Assembly: GCA_963768215.1 (NCBI GenBank)
Contig: CAVYHW010000075.1
Location: 1 to 63,989 of the forward strand
Origin: an uncultured Gammaproteobacteria bacterium
GTDB lineage: Bacteria > Pseudomonadota > Gammaproteobacteria > SZUA-229
Reading direction: 5' to 3'
DNA length: 63,989 bases
Part shown: piece after piece, positions 40,580 to 50,706 of the stretch
Position numbering within the stretch: position 1 is the stretch's first letter
Layout of the letters: every line of letters begins with the position of its first letter
Notes under the pieces: generated by a model
What the model was told of the DNA's origin: nothing
Databases searched by the model: none
Seen by the model: the letters and a program-made list of their open reading frames with translations, nothing else
Translations under genes and position numbers: made by a program

Positions 40580-41113
40580 TTATATTTCTTCAATCGTGCG
40601 GCTGTGATTGGTGTAAATACAGATGTCTCCGGCAATTTCCAGGCTTTTCTCTACGATATCTCTGGCAGTTAAGTCTGTGCTGTCGAACAGTGCCCTGGCT
40701 GCTGACTGGGCATATGGGCCGCCCGAACCAATAGCGATTAAATCATCAAATGCTTCAATCACATCGCCCGTGCCTGAAACCAGCAAAGAGGCTTCTTTAT
40801 CAGCAACAATTAACATTGCTTCAAGCTTGCGCAATACGCGGTCGGTACGCCAGTCTTTTGCCAGTTCAACCGCTGACCGCTTTAGCTGGCCGCTATGACG
40901 CTCAAGCATGGCTTCGAAACGATCTAATAAGGTGAAGGCATCAGCAGTAGCACCCGCAAAACCAACAATAACCTTATCACCATAAATTTTCCGTACTTTG
41001 GTGGCGTTACCTTTCATGATGGTATTGCCTAAAGTCACCTGGCCATCACCACCAACAACGACTTTTCCGTCGCGTCTCACTGTAAGAATGGTTGTGCCAT
41101 GAAATGTTTCCAC
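40580..41113 (-). CDS. hslV: ATP-dependent protease subunit HslV
   Basis: 177 aa with an N-terminal ...[11 protein letters not shown] (catalytic Thr). Confidence 0.96.
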   Translation of the reverse strand: METFHGTTILTVRRDGKVVVGGDGQVTLGNTIMKGNATKVRKIYGDKVIVGFAGATADAFTLLDRFEAMLERHSGQLKRSAVELAKDWRTDRVLRKLEAMLIVADKEASLLVSGTGDVIEAFDDLIAIGSGGPYAQSAARALFDSTDLTARDIVEKSLEIAGDICIYTNHSRTIEEI

Positions 41114-41303
41114 TGTTTAACTCCGAATATTAACAATTAGCTACAGGTTGTGTTGTCTGTGTAAAAAAGGGGCCCATGTGAAAAAATGAGGCCTGTCTTA
41201 TAAAAAGGAATTTTACACTATGGCGGCAGTTACTCATACCATAGCTAGTTAGTGGTTTCTTCTTTTTGCCGAAATAAAAAATCAGGGCCAGTCAGGAATA
41301 GTT

Positions 41304-41529
41304 CTTACTTAAGCCGAAAATGCCATTAGTGTAGTAAATTCGTCATTGCGAGCGTTAGCGTGGCAATCTTTAGCGCTGATACTCTGCAATTAAGAGAGTA
41401 TGAATTACATCCTTGTAATCCACCCTTCGGGCCGCAAAAAAGCGTTCAATTTTTCTCCTGGAAAAATTAGTGCTTCATTCTTCGCATGACAGTATAAAAA
41501 CGTACTTCTCTTAAGTAAGGGCCATTAGG
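41304..41529. repeat. Composite palindromic repeat, family B copy 2
   Basis: cttacttaag...cgtcattgcgagcgttagcgtggcaatct...cttaagtaagggccatt. It shares modules with 26497-26663. Confidence 0.7.
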
Positions 41530-41545
41530 ACCGGTCGGGACTTTA

Positions 41546-42145
41546 TTACTTTAGTTCCATTGAAATAGCATCAATGTCATTTTGTTTTAGTATTTTTTGA
41601 TTTTTATATAACTGCTGTTTATCTTTGTAGGGTCCGGTCCGTACCCGGTGCCATGCCTGTTTATTAACGGTCACATGCTGAATATTGGCTGCAAGTCCTA
41701 AAAAGGCCAGATTGGCTTTTAATTTCTCAGCATCGTTGAGATTTTGAAATGAACCGACCTGGAGTACGTATTGTTTATTATTGAGATGACTAGTGTCTTT
41801 GGATCTTGTTTGATTTTTACTTTCCGCTGCCGTGTCTGGTGGACGGGTTTCACTTTCTGGAATGAGGACTTCAAGTTCAGGTAATATGGTATAGAAATTA
41901 AACTTCTGTTGTTTTGTTGCTGTGGTTTCAGTTTCTGTCGTGGTTTTCTTTTTTGCCTGCTGTTTTAGCTTTTTCAGTTCCTGCTGGACAGCACTGCCAA
42001 AGTCCTGCGTACTTTCAGGCTGTTTGTCCAGGTATATGATAAAGGCAACAAACAGGCCAATAGCAAGACCTGATAACAGCCAGACATAGCCAGGCAATGA
42101 TTTTTTCTGCTTTCGTGCAGCACGTGATTTGTAGTCTCTTGGCAT
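41546..42145 (-). CDS. SPOR-domain cell division protein (FtsN-like)
   Basis: 199 aa with an N-terminal anchor, a low-complexity linker and a C-terminal SPOR-like domain. It lies between argS and hslV. Confidence 0.7.
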   Translation of the reverse strand: MPRDYKSRAARKQKKSLPGYVWLLSGLAIGLFVAFIIYLDKQPESTQDFGSAVQQELKKLKQQAKKKTTTETETTATKQQKFNFYTILPELEVLIPESETRPPDTAAESKNQTRSKDTSHLNNKQYVLQVGSFQNLNDAEKLKANLAFLGLAANIQHVTVNKQAWHRVRTGPYKDKQQLYKNQKILKQNDIDAISMELK

Positions 42146-42318
42146 TTACTGGTAAGTTTTTAATTATCAGGAACGGGGTTCATGAACCCGGATATATTTC
42201 CAAAAACTGCATAGCGTTGTCGGATACATAGTGTACTTTTTTAATATACTGCCATTTATTATAACAATCATAGTGTTAAGTGAAATTTGGAGCGTTCCTG
42301 TGAAATATCCGGGTTAGC

Positions 42319-44076
42319 TTACATTTTTACCGGCGCAGTTACGCCCAGTAATGTCAGGCCATTATGCAGTATCTGTTTTGTGGCGCTAATTAAATTGAAA
42401 CGTGCATCACGTAAGTTATTTTCATCAACAATAAACGGGTGTGCATTGTAATAAGAATGCAACAGGGTTGCCAGTTCACGCAGGTAATGCACCAGCAAGT
42501 GTGGCTCGGCATTAAATGCTGATTTATGGACAACATCTGCATACGCATCCAGTTTGCTGATGAGGTCGGTTTCGTGACTTTCAGTTAACAGGTTTAAATA
42601 TTTCTGACCGTTTTCAATATCGTGTTTGAACTGTTTGTCTGACAGCAGTGCAATAACACTGCAAATTCTGGCATGTGCGTATTGTATGTAATAAACCGGG
42701 TTGTCGTTACTTTGTGACTTTGCCAGGTCCAGGTCAAAATCCATATGCTGTTCGCATTTACGCATCACATAAAAGAAGCGCGCCGCATCGGTGCCGACTT
42801 CTTCACGTAATTCCCTTAAGGTAACAAATGAGCCTGAGCGGGTAGACATTTGCACACGTTCGCCATGGCGATATAAATTTGCAAATTGTACTAACAATAT
42901 TTCGAGCTTATCTTCGTCTTTGCCCAGGGCGTTTAGTGCAGCTTTTACACGGGGAACATAACCGTGGTGATCTGCACCCCAGATATTAATAACGCGCTCG
43001 TAGCCACGTTCAAATTTATCGATGTGATAGGCAATGTCTGAGGCAAAATAGGTGGCCTGTCCGTTATCGCGAACAACAACACGGTCTTTTTCGTCACCGA
43101 AGTCGGTTGAGCGAAACCACAGTGCGTTATCCTGTTCATAAACATGGCCCGTGTGCTGTAACTGTTTAACCGCTTTGTTTATTAAATCGCGATCGGCAAG
43201 AGACTGTTCTGAATACCAGTTTTCATAATGCACGCCAAACTCTTCGAGATCTTCACGAATGTCTGCAACAATAGAATTTAGCCCGGCCTTAAAAATGATG
43301 TCGTAGTTTTCATCGCCGAGTAAAGTCCTGGCGCGTTCGATTAAAGCATCGATATGCTGTTCCTTGTCGCCGCCATCGACTTCGTCTGCGGGAATGTCCT
43401 GCATCACAGCGTCTGTCGTTTTTATGAAGGCATTGCCATGCTGCTGTATGAGGCTGCGTGCGATATCGTAAATATATTCTTCGCTTTTATAACCATTGCT
43501 GGGGAAAGTGATGTCGATGCCGCTTATCTGTAAATAACGTAACCAGATGCTGGTCGCCAGGATATTCATCTGGCGGCCCGCATCGTTAACGTAGTATTCG
43601 CAGTCAACATCAAAACCCACAGCGCGCATAAGTGAAGCTAATGTCGCACCATAGGCTGCGCCGCGACCATGACCAACGTGTAACGGGCCGGTAGGGTTAG
43701 CTGAGACAAACTCGATTTGCACCTTTTGCTTATTTGCGGCATTGCTTTCACCAAAGCGATAACCTTTGTCCAGGATATCCTTGATGATACTTAAGGTGCT
43801 TTCCTGTGCCAGGAAGAAGTTTATAAAACCCGGACCGGCTATTTCGATTTTTACAATGTTATCGTTATCATAAATGGCATCAATAACCGTCTGTGCTACA
43901 TCACGCGGCGGTTTTCCGGCCTGCCTGGCCAGCATCATGGCTATGTTACAGGTGAAGTCACCATGTGCCGCATCCTTGGTGCGTGTGATTTGCAGTGCCG
44001 GTTTTGCTTCAATCAGCCCGTCAGCAATAAGCTGGTCCAGCGCCTGATTAAGTAATAACTCTATTATTTCTTTCAA
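42319..44076 (-). CDS. argS: Arginine--tRNA ligase
   Basis: 585 aa with the HIGH-type motif NPTGPLHVGHGR and MSTRSG. Confidence 0.96.
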   Translation of the reverse strand: MKEIIELLLNQALDQLIADGLIEAKPALQITRTKDAAHGDFTCNIAMMLARQAGKPPRDVAQTVIDAIYDNDNIVKIEIAGPGFINFFLAQESTLSIIKDILDKGYRFGESNAANKQKVQIEFVSANPTGPLHVGHGRGAAYGATLASLMRAVGFDVDCEYYVNDAGRQMNILATSIWLRYLQISGIDITFPSNGYKSEEYIYDIARSLIQQHGNAFIKTTDAVMQDIPADEVDGGDKEQHIDALIERARTLLGDENYDIIFKAGLNSIVADIREDLEEFGVHYENWYSEQSLADRDLINKAVKQLQHTGHVYEQDNALWFRSTDFGDEKDRVVVRDNGQATYFASDIAYHIDKFERGYERVINIWGADHHGYVPRVKAALNALGKDEDKLEILLVQFANLYRHGERVQMSTRSGSFVTLRELREEVGTDAARFFYVMRKCEQHMDFDLDLAKSQSNDNPVYYIQYAHARICSVIALLSDKQFKHDIENGQKYLNLLTESHETDLISKLDAYADVVHKSAFNAEPHLLVHYLRELATLLHSYYNAHPFIVDENNLRDARFNLISATKQILHNGLTLLGVTAPVKM

Positions 44077-44138
44077 GGGACTGTCTTCGTTTGGTCTTCG
44101 TGTGTTTCAAGGAGTGCGATTATACGGAAAGAGACGTT

Positions 44139-44224
44139 AAAAGTTAGCAGTTGGCAGTTGGCAGTAATTTTAAAACAGTTTTTCGCTTTTAACTGATAAC
44201 TGCCAACCGACGACTGCCAACTTT
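44139..44224. repeat. Hairpin repeat built from gttggcagt units (family H)
   Basis: aaagttagcagttggcagttggcagt ... actgccaaccgacgactgccaacttt, between priA and argS. Confidence 0.7.
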
Positions 44225-44226
44225 CT

Positions 44227-46467
44227 TTAAAACGTGTCGTATGGATCAACATCAATTGACCAGCGTACTTTTCGAGCGGCTGGCAGTTGCTGCAGTTGCG
44301 GCGCCAGGCAGCTTAAAAATTGATGTAATGGTTTTCTGTGTCTGGATTGCAGCATGAGCTGGTATCTAAATCGTCCGGCGCGTCTTTCCATGGGGGCAGG
44401 TATCGGGCCGAAAATATCGACACCAGTTTTATCGAGCTGTTGCGTATATTCAACGGCCTGGTTTAGAAAAGTCTGTGCTGCGCTGGAGTCGACTGATTCA
44501 CAGCGAAGTATAACCAGGTGGCTGGCGGGTGGTAATCCTGCTGCCTGCCGTTCTTTTAGTGCAGCATCTGCAAACGCTGGATAACCTTTGTGTAAAAGGG
44601 TCTGTAATAGAGGGTGTTCAGGGTGGTGTGTTTGAATCAATACTTCCCCGGGTTTTTCTGCACGGCCGGCGCGGCCTGAAACCTGGGTGATTAATTGTGC
44701 CAGGTGTTCTGCCGCACGAAAATCTGCGCTGAATAAGCCCTGGTCGGTGTCCAGTATGCAGACCAGTGTCATGTTGGGAAAATCATGGCCTTTTGCCAGC
44801 ATTTGTGTCCCTACCAGTATGCCGCTTTCGCCGCTATGTGCTTTGTCCAGTTTGTCCTGCAAGCTGCCTTTATTGCGGGTGGTATCGCGGTCAATCCGGC
44901 TGACATGGGTGTTGGGAAAAGTATTTTGCAAATACTGTTCAATGCGTTCAGTGCCTGCACCGATGGCCAGTATATTGGTGCTGCCACATTCTTCACATTG
45001 CTCCGGTGCAGCACGCTGCGAGCCGCAATGGTGGCAATGTAATTGATTGCGCCGTTTATGAAAAGTCATGTGTGCATCACAGCGCAAACAGTTTGTGGTC
45101 CAGCCGCAATCGTGACACATTAATAACGGGGCAAAACCGCGTCGATTAATAAACAACAGCACCTGGCCCTGCTGATCCAGATGCTGGCCGATTTTTGAGA
45201 GTAGAGTTTCCGCCATGCCTTCATGCAGTTTTTGATTGCATAAATTGATTAATTCAATCCGTGGTAGTGGTCTTTTATTGGCGCGTTGCTTTATAAAATG
45301 TGCCTCGTAGCGCTGTTCATTTGTATTGTTCAGGGTTTCCAGCGAAGCTGTGGCCGATCCAAGGACAATCGGGATGTTGTTGTTTTTTGCGCGCAGGATG
45401 GCCAGGTCACGGGCATTGTATCGAAAACCATCCTGTTGTTTATAACTGCTATCGTGCTCTTCGTCGACAATGATTAAGCCTAATTCTGGCAGTGGCGTAA
45501 AAATTGATGAGCGGGTGCCAATAATTAACCGGGCCTGACTGGAGGCAGCAGCGTGCCATGCAGCATAACGTTGCCTGTCGTTCATTGCTGAATGTAAAAC
45601 CACAATAGAGGTATCCAGGTGCTCAAGAAAACGTTGTGTTAATTGTGGAGTTAAACCGATCTCGGGTACCAGAATTAATACCTGTTTATTATCAGCAAGT
45701 TTTGATTTGCAAAGCGCCAGGTATACTTCTGTTTTACCACTGCCGGTAATGCCGTTAATGACATGAACTGCATGTTGATGACTGTGTGATTCAATGTTAT
45801 TTATGACGTCTTTTTGTTCTTTGTTTAACTTAAGATTGCGGATGTTTTTGTTTTGCTTTGTTAATAGTGCCGGTTTTACAAAGCTTTCAATAAGTTCTTT
45901 ATTCAGTAAAGCCTTTACAGGCGCACGCCAGTTTTCAGTGAGTGAAGTTAATGTTTCTGCATCCATGCCGTTGTCTGCGCCAATGTCAGCATTGTGCAGT
46001 AGCTGATATAGCTGAAGCTGTTTGGGTGCCTTGCTAAGCGTTTTCAGGATATCATCCTGTGTCATGGTTTGTGTGCGTTTGATACGCCAGTATTGTGTGA
46101 GTGAAGGTGTGGCATCGTCGTTATTGCGCAGGTACACAGGTAACGCGGTGTGTAAAACCTCTCCCAGAGGGTGAACGTAATATTTTGCCGACCAGAATAA
46201 TAATTTAAGAATATCGCTATTGAGCAGGCTATGATCATCTAACACAGCAATTATCGATTTGAGTTTGTTTGCCGGTACCTCAGTGCTCTGTACCTCTTCA
46301 ATAATAATGGCAATCAGTTTTTGTCTGCCAAAAGGCACACGAACACGCATGCCTTGTTGAATGTTTTTATTGTACAGCGAGGGGGGCAGGGAATAATCAA
46401 AAGTTTTGTATAAGGGACAGGGAACTGCCACTTTAACAAGGCGTTGCTTAGATATTTCAAGTGGCAT
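44227..46467 (-). CDS. priA: Primosomal replication restart helicase PriA
   Basis: 746 aa with GITGSGKTEVY, VDEEHD and a Cys-rich zinc-binding region (CHDCGW..CLRCD..CHHCG..CEECG). Confidence 0.96.
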   Translation of the reverse strand: MPLEISKQRLVKVAVPCPLYKTFDYSLPPSLYNKNIQQGMRVRVPFGRQKLIAIIIEEVQSTEVPANKLKSIIAVLDDHSLLNSDILKLLFWSAKYYVHPLGEVLHTALPVYLRNNDDATPSLTQYWRIKRTQTMTQDDILKTLSKAPKQLQLYQLLHNADIGADNGMDAETLTSLTENWRAPVKALLNKELIESFVKPALLTKQNKNIRNLKLNKEQKDVINNIESHSHQHAVHVINGITGSGKTEVYLALCKSKLADNKQVLILVPEIGLTPQLTQRFLEHLDTSIVVLHSAMNDRQRYAAWHAAASSQARLIIGTRSSIFTPLPELGLIIVDEEHDSSYKQQDGFRYNARDLAILRAKNNNIPIVLGSATASLETLNNTNEQRYEAHFIKQRANKRPLPRIELINLCNQKLHEGMAETLLSKIGQHLDQQGQVLLFINRRGFAPLLMCHDCGWTTNCLRCDAHMTFHKRRNQLHCHHCGSQRAAPEQCEECGSTNILAIGAGTERIEQYLQNTFPNTHVSRIDRDTTRNKGSLQDKLDKAHSGESGILVGTQMLAKGHDFPNMTLVCILDTDQGLFSADFRAAEHLAQLITQVSGRAGRAEKPGEVLIQTHHPEHPLLQTLLHKGYPAFADAALKERQAAGLPPASHLVILRCESVDSSAAQTFLNQAVEYTQQLDKTGVDIFGPIPAPMERRAGRFRYQLMLQSRHRKPLHQFLSCLAPQLQQLPAARKVRWSIDVDPYDTF

Positions 46468-46564
46468 TGACAGCTTTTTTATTGCGCGCGAAGGTTAATA
46501 AACGCTGATTTTACTGCAAAATACGACCGGACTTATAAGAATCATCTACGGAATGTTTTTAGCT

Positions 46565-46616
46565 TGTGGATAAGTCGCCTGACACTGGACTGATCCTGTG
46601 GATAACTCTGTGGAAA
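46565..46616. promoter_or_regulatory. DnaA boxes: tgtggataa at 46565-46573, then the doublet tgtggataa-ctc-tgtggaaat at 46597-46616
   Basis: Two exact reverse complements of TTATCCACA, plus one near-consensus box. Confidence 0.6.
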
Positions 46617-46910
46617 TAATGATTAGCAGAAATAAATATTTTTGGCTAGTCTTTTTTTTGTAAAAAATGTGTAATTTTTTTTTCATATTTAAATTCATTT
46701 TAATCAATATGTTGCAGAAACTGACTCTATAATAATAGAATAAAAAACAGGGTTGACCCGGAAAAAAATATATGATTTTAGTGATGTGTATAAGTCTTCA
46801 CTGTTAAAGTATTAATGCTTTTAGTTTAATAAGATATCTTAATAAATATTCTAGGTTAAGGTTTATAAGTCATTAAAATACCATATAAAAGGCGAGTTAC
46901 TCACAAATTC

Positions 46911-46932
46911 TGTGGATAACACTGTGGAAAAG
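46911..46932. promoter_or_regulatory. DnaA box doublet tgtggataa-cac-tgtggaaaa
   Basis: One exact TTATCCACA complement and one TTTTCCACA complement (fits TTWTNCACA). The 3-bp spacing matches the doublet at 46597. Confidence 0.6.
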
Positions 46933-47239
46933 AAAAAAATATAACTCTTTTCACTCTATAAAAATAGTATTTTTGTTAGTTTGGTTGCTTTTTGAGCATT
47001 ATTATATTCTCTATGTAAATCAATGGTTTATATAATAATAATTATCTGTTTGATGTTTGACACATGCTTTTTTAGAAAAAAAGATAGCAGATTAGAGTTC
47101 TCTAATATACCTTGTGTAAAACACAGGTATTTGTTAACAAATAACAGTTGCTTAGTGATTAAAACAGTTGTTTAAGAGCAAAGCCGATTAACAGGCCAAT
47201 TTCTATCGTGAAGCCTTCGTGTAATCAGATGAGATCAAA

Positions 47240-48121
47240 ATGAAACAGTGGCAATCTATCATTCAGCATATTGAGCAAACGACCGGGCAGGTCTTTTCAG
47301 TCAAACAACAGCAAACTATGGCCGGTGGCAGCATCAATGCTGCTTATTTGTTGACTGGTGATGATGGTACACAATATTTTGTTAAAACTAATCGCTCGGG
47401 ACGGCAGGACATGTTTGAAGCAGAGGCCAGGGGCTTGCATGAAATGGCGTCAAGCAACACTATAAAAGTTCCCCGGCCTGTTTGTTTTGGCGATGACCAG
47501 TCACAAAGTTATATAGTACTGGAATATCTTGATATGGGCGGGCGAGTGAATCAGAATGTGTTAGCTGAACAGTTGGCGGCAATGCACCATGTAACAGCGG
47601 AACAATTTGGCTGGGTAATAAATAACACTATCGGTTCCACGTTTCAGGACAATACCTGCAACAGTAACTGGATAGCTTTCTGGTCTAAGCAGCGCCTTGG
47701 TTTCCAACTAAAGCTGGCGGCAGAGAATGGTTATGGCGGGGCGCTGCAATCACTTGGCGAGAAGTTACTCATTGAGATGCCTAAACTGTTCACCGGCAGG
47801 GAAATAAAGCCTTCAATGTTGCATGGTGATTTATGGGGTGGCAATGTCGCTGGCTTAAAAGATGGCACGCCGGTAATTTATGATCCCGCATTTTATTATG
47901 GTGACAGGGAAGCCGACCTTGCCATGACCTATGTGTTTGGCGGATTTAATGCGGACTTTTATGCCAGTTATCAAAATGCATTTCCACTGGATGATGGTTT
48001 TGCAGTACGCAAAACTTTTTACAATATTTATCACATCATTAATCACCTGAATATATTTGGCGGTGGCTATCACGGTCAGGCCTTGCATATGATGGAGCAG
48101 GTACTTGCAGAACTTCGATGA
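47240..48121 (+). CDS. Fructosamine/ketosamine-3-kinase family protein
   Basis: 293 aa with GGSINAAYLL..YFVKTN and the catalytic LHGDLWGGN. Confidence 0.85.
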   Translation: MKQWQSIIQHIEQTTGQVFSVKQQQTMAGGSINAAYLLTGDDGTQYFVKTNRSGRQDMFEAEARGLHEMASSNTIKVPRPVCFGDDQSQSYIVLEYLDMGGRVNQNVLAEQLAAMHHVTAEQFGWVINNTIGSTFQDNTCNSNWIAFWSKQRLGFQLKLAAENGYGGALQSLGEKLLIEMPKLFTGREIKPSMLHGDLWGGNVAGLKDGTPVIYDPAFYYGDREADLAMTYVFGGFNADFYASYQNAFPLDDGFAVRKTFYNIYHIINHLNIFGGGYHGQALHMMEQVLAELR

Positions 48122-48155
48122 AGAATTATTGCATTCGTCGCAATAGGTGATTTAT

Positions 48156-48403
48156 ATGGATTATCACTGCTGTCCCGTTAACTTTAAATATCATTTCCAG
48201 CAGATGTTGATGCAGTTAACAAAATCAGCATTAATCTCAATCGAGACATGAATTGGGTATACCCACCAATGCCACGCCCCATGTTGATTAATCTTGGACC
48301 ATCCATGGTGGCTCAACACCCGCATCCAAGCGGGTGATGGTCATTGCTGGATGTGCCCAATCCATGTCTCTGACAGTTAACGGGACAGCAGTGATGGATT
48401 ATC
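48156..48403. mobile_element. 228-bp MITE (48166-48393) with 17-bp terminal inverted repeats and a 10-bp direct duplication
   Basis: The TIRs are actgctgtcccgttaac (48166-48182) and gttaacgggacagcagt (48376-48392). It is flanked by atggattatc at 48156-48165 and 48394-48403. It has no ORF. Confidence 0.8.
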
Positions 48404-48510
48404 TATGAGGTGTGTGATTTCAAACAGTGCATCTATAATACTTAAAACTAAGTTTTTGTCCCTGTCTGTTTCAGAGCTGACGTGGAAACCAGGATATAAC
48501 CTGAATAATA

Positions 48511-49603
48511 ATGAATCACACTGGAGTAACTATGAAAGCTGTTCAGTTTAATGCACTGATCATTATGGCAGTGCTGTCTTTATCTTCCTCGCAATATGCT
48601 CATGCTGACGAGCATGACCATAGTAGACATGTTAGTCATGCTAATCACTCTGGTCATGATCACAGCAGACCTGATAGTCACGCACCGATTGGCGTTATGG
48701 GTGATCACCTGATGCGTGAAGGCGAACACATGATAAGTTACCGTTTTATGTCTATGGACATGGAAGGCAACCGAACTGGTACAGACCATGTTGATGTGCC
48801 TCTGACAGGTTATATGGTCAGCCCACTGGCGATGGACATGGATATGCATATGCTTGGAGCTATGTATGCACCATCAGACAAGCTTACTTTAATGGTAATG
48901 GTTCCATACGTATCCATCTCTATGGACCACCTCAGACATATGCCTATGCCTAACGGACTTGAGTTTACGACAGAGTCTAGTGGCATTGGTGATGTAAAAC
49001 TGGCGGCAATATATGGTCTGTTTGCTAAACCTGGAACTGATTTCCTGTTTAACTTTGCTGTCAATGCACCGACCGGGTCGATTGACGAGGAAGATGACCT
49101 GCCAACTATGCCAACGCCTACCAGTAATGCGCATTTGCCTTATCCCATGCAGCTGGGTTCGGGAACCTGGGATTTCACACCGGGTCTGACTTTTGTGCAA
49201 ACCTACGATAACTGGTCGTGGGGAGCGCAAGGTCTGTACACATTCAGAACGGGTGAAAATGATAATGGGTACACACTAGGTAACAAACTGGAGGCGACTG
49301 CATGGGCTGCTAAAAAGGTATCGAAATCAACCAGCCTTTCTTTTCGTTTGAAAGCACTGGACTGGGACAATATCGATGGCGCTGATACTAAGTTGACGTG
49401 ATGCCGACTAGGTGCCAACGGCCGATCCAAACCGTCGCGCTGGTACACGCGTTGATACGCTCGTTGGTATCAACTTCGTTCCGCCTGGATTAACCAGTCT
49501 GCGTCTTGCTGCTGAAGTGGGTGCACCTGTTTATCAGAAACTGGACGGCCCGCAACTGGAAACTGATCTTGTGTTTACTCTGGGTACGCAATATACCTTC
49601 TAA
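48511..49603 (+). pseudogene. Outer-membrane beta-barrel (phenol-MetA/transporter-like) with a His/Met-rich N-terminus, frame-disrupted near 49400
   Basis: It has a signal peptide, HADEHDHSRHVSHANHSGHDHSRPDSH and MDMDMHM. ORF 48511-49401 stops, and the C-terminal strands (...LVFTLGTQYTF) continue in another frame from 49412. Confidence 0.6.
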
Positions 49604-49702
49604 ATAGAAAGTCCAGGCTGAGTAGGGAAACTCAACATTACAAAATAAACAGCTATGTGTATCAGTCCGTCAGGATCTGACGGACAATCAGCTGACCTTT
49701 TA

Positions 49703-50206
49703 TCAGAGATTCTCATCCGATTTCGGGTATTTTTCTTTGACCTGGCTGATTAGAGTATCCAGCCTGATCTGTTCTGAATGATCACCCCGGCGCGCCTTGT
49801 AGGCAGCATCCAGCTGGTCCCCTACACTGGGATATTCTTTAAGACGCTGGGCGGCATGGTCCTTCGTCGGATCAATACCAGAGATCGTTTTCAATGCCTG
49901 CTCAAGTTCTTCGGGATTTGGCTGGGGTACAGTGGAATTAAACCATTCTTCAATAAAAGCGCCCTCTCCAGGGCCTCCTTCCTTAACGATGTAATCAATG
50001 CCGGCATGTATTGTTGGATGAAGGTAATGTATGGCGCGACAGAGTGAGCGGACCTCATCATTTTGCCTGATATTGGATTGCTGCCTGGCCACCTGCTGAA
50101 CCAGTGTTTTCGTGGCATGTGTGTTCAACCTCAGGACGTATACCCAGATACATACGAACAACAGGATAACGAGGATGGTGTTGATTGTCGGGTTGTCAAA
50201 TAACAT
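49703..50206 (-). CDS. Membrane-anchored hypothetical protein with an XkdW-like (phage) central region
   Basis: 167 aa and intact. GAFIEEWFNSTVPQPNPEELEQAL resembles the Bacillus XkdW motif SYIEKWNLRAPLPTQAELE. This comparison is from memory. Confidence 0.35.
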   Translation of the reverse strand: MLFDNPTINTILVILLFVCIWVYVLRLNTHATKTLVQQVARQQSNIRQNDEVRSLCRAIHYLHPTIHAGIDYIVKEGGPGEGAFIEEWFNSTVPQPNPEELEQALKTISGIDPTKDHAAQRLKEYPSVGDQLDAAYKARRGDHSEQIRLDTLISQVKEKYPKSDENL

Positions 50207-50706
50207 GGCGAGTAATTCTCCTGATGATGAAAACAGTAGTGAATTGTTGCAAGTATCAACAAAGTCAGTTTATCTTATTCCTTAAAAGCGTGAAAGACGC
50301 CTGGCTAGTATGTAATCTTTATATATGTCTCTTAAGTGACGCATTTTACTTTCAGATGATGTAGCAGTCAGCTTGTTGCGGGTTTGTTGTATTTTCTGCT
50401 TAATTTTCTTTTATTACTTCAACATTAATAATGAGATATTGAATTCATTTTTGTAACAATCGCCACGGCATCAAAACAAAAATTAAATATAAGTACTATC
50501 GTCTTGAATTATCAAGATTGCATGGCAGTTCAAAATACCGCATCAGCAAGCTTATTCAATTCTGTAAACAAACTCTACAAGCTGTGTTATATCACGCACT
50601 TTTAAGTTGAGTATTTTTGTAACTCTTTGAATTTACATGGCTAAATAATTGGCGCGTTTATTGCTATAGATGTTATTAAGTAAAATAAATAAAGTGTGGA
50701 GAAAGC

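Noticed and set aside
42146-42318. Short complementary segments (caggaacg/cgttcctg and cccggatat..ttc/gaaatatccggg) in the argS-SPOR gene spacer
   Set aside because: The order of the complementary blocks does not give a simple hairpin, and there is no second copy in the window. The evidence is too weak to call a repeat family.
44073-44255. 60-aa minus-strand ORF spanning the priA-argS gap
   Set aside because: It is created by reading through the gttggcagt hairpin repeat and overlaps the priA stop and the argS start regions. It has no coding signal.
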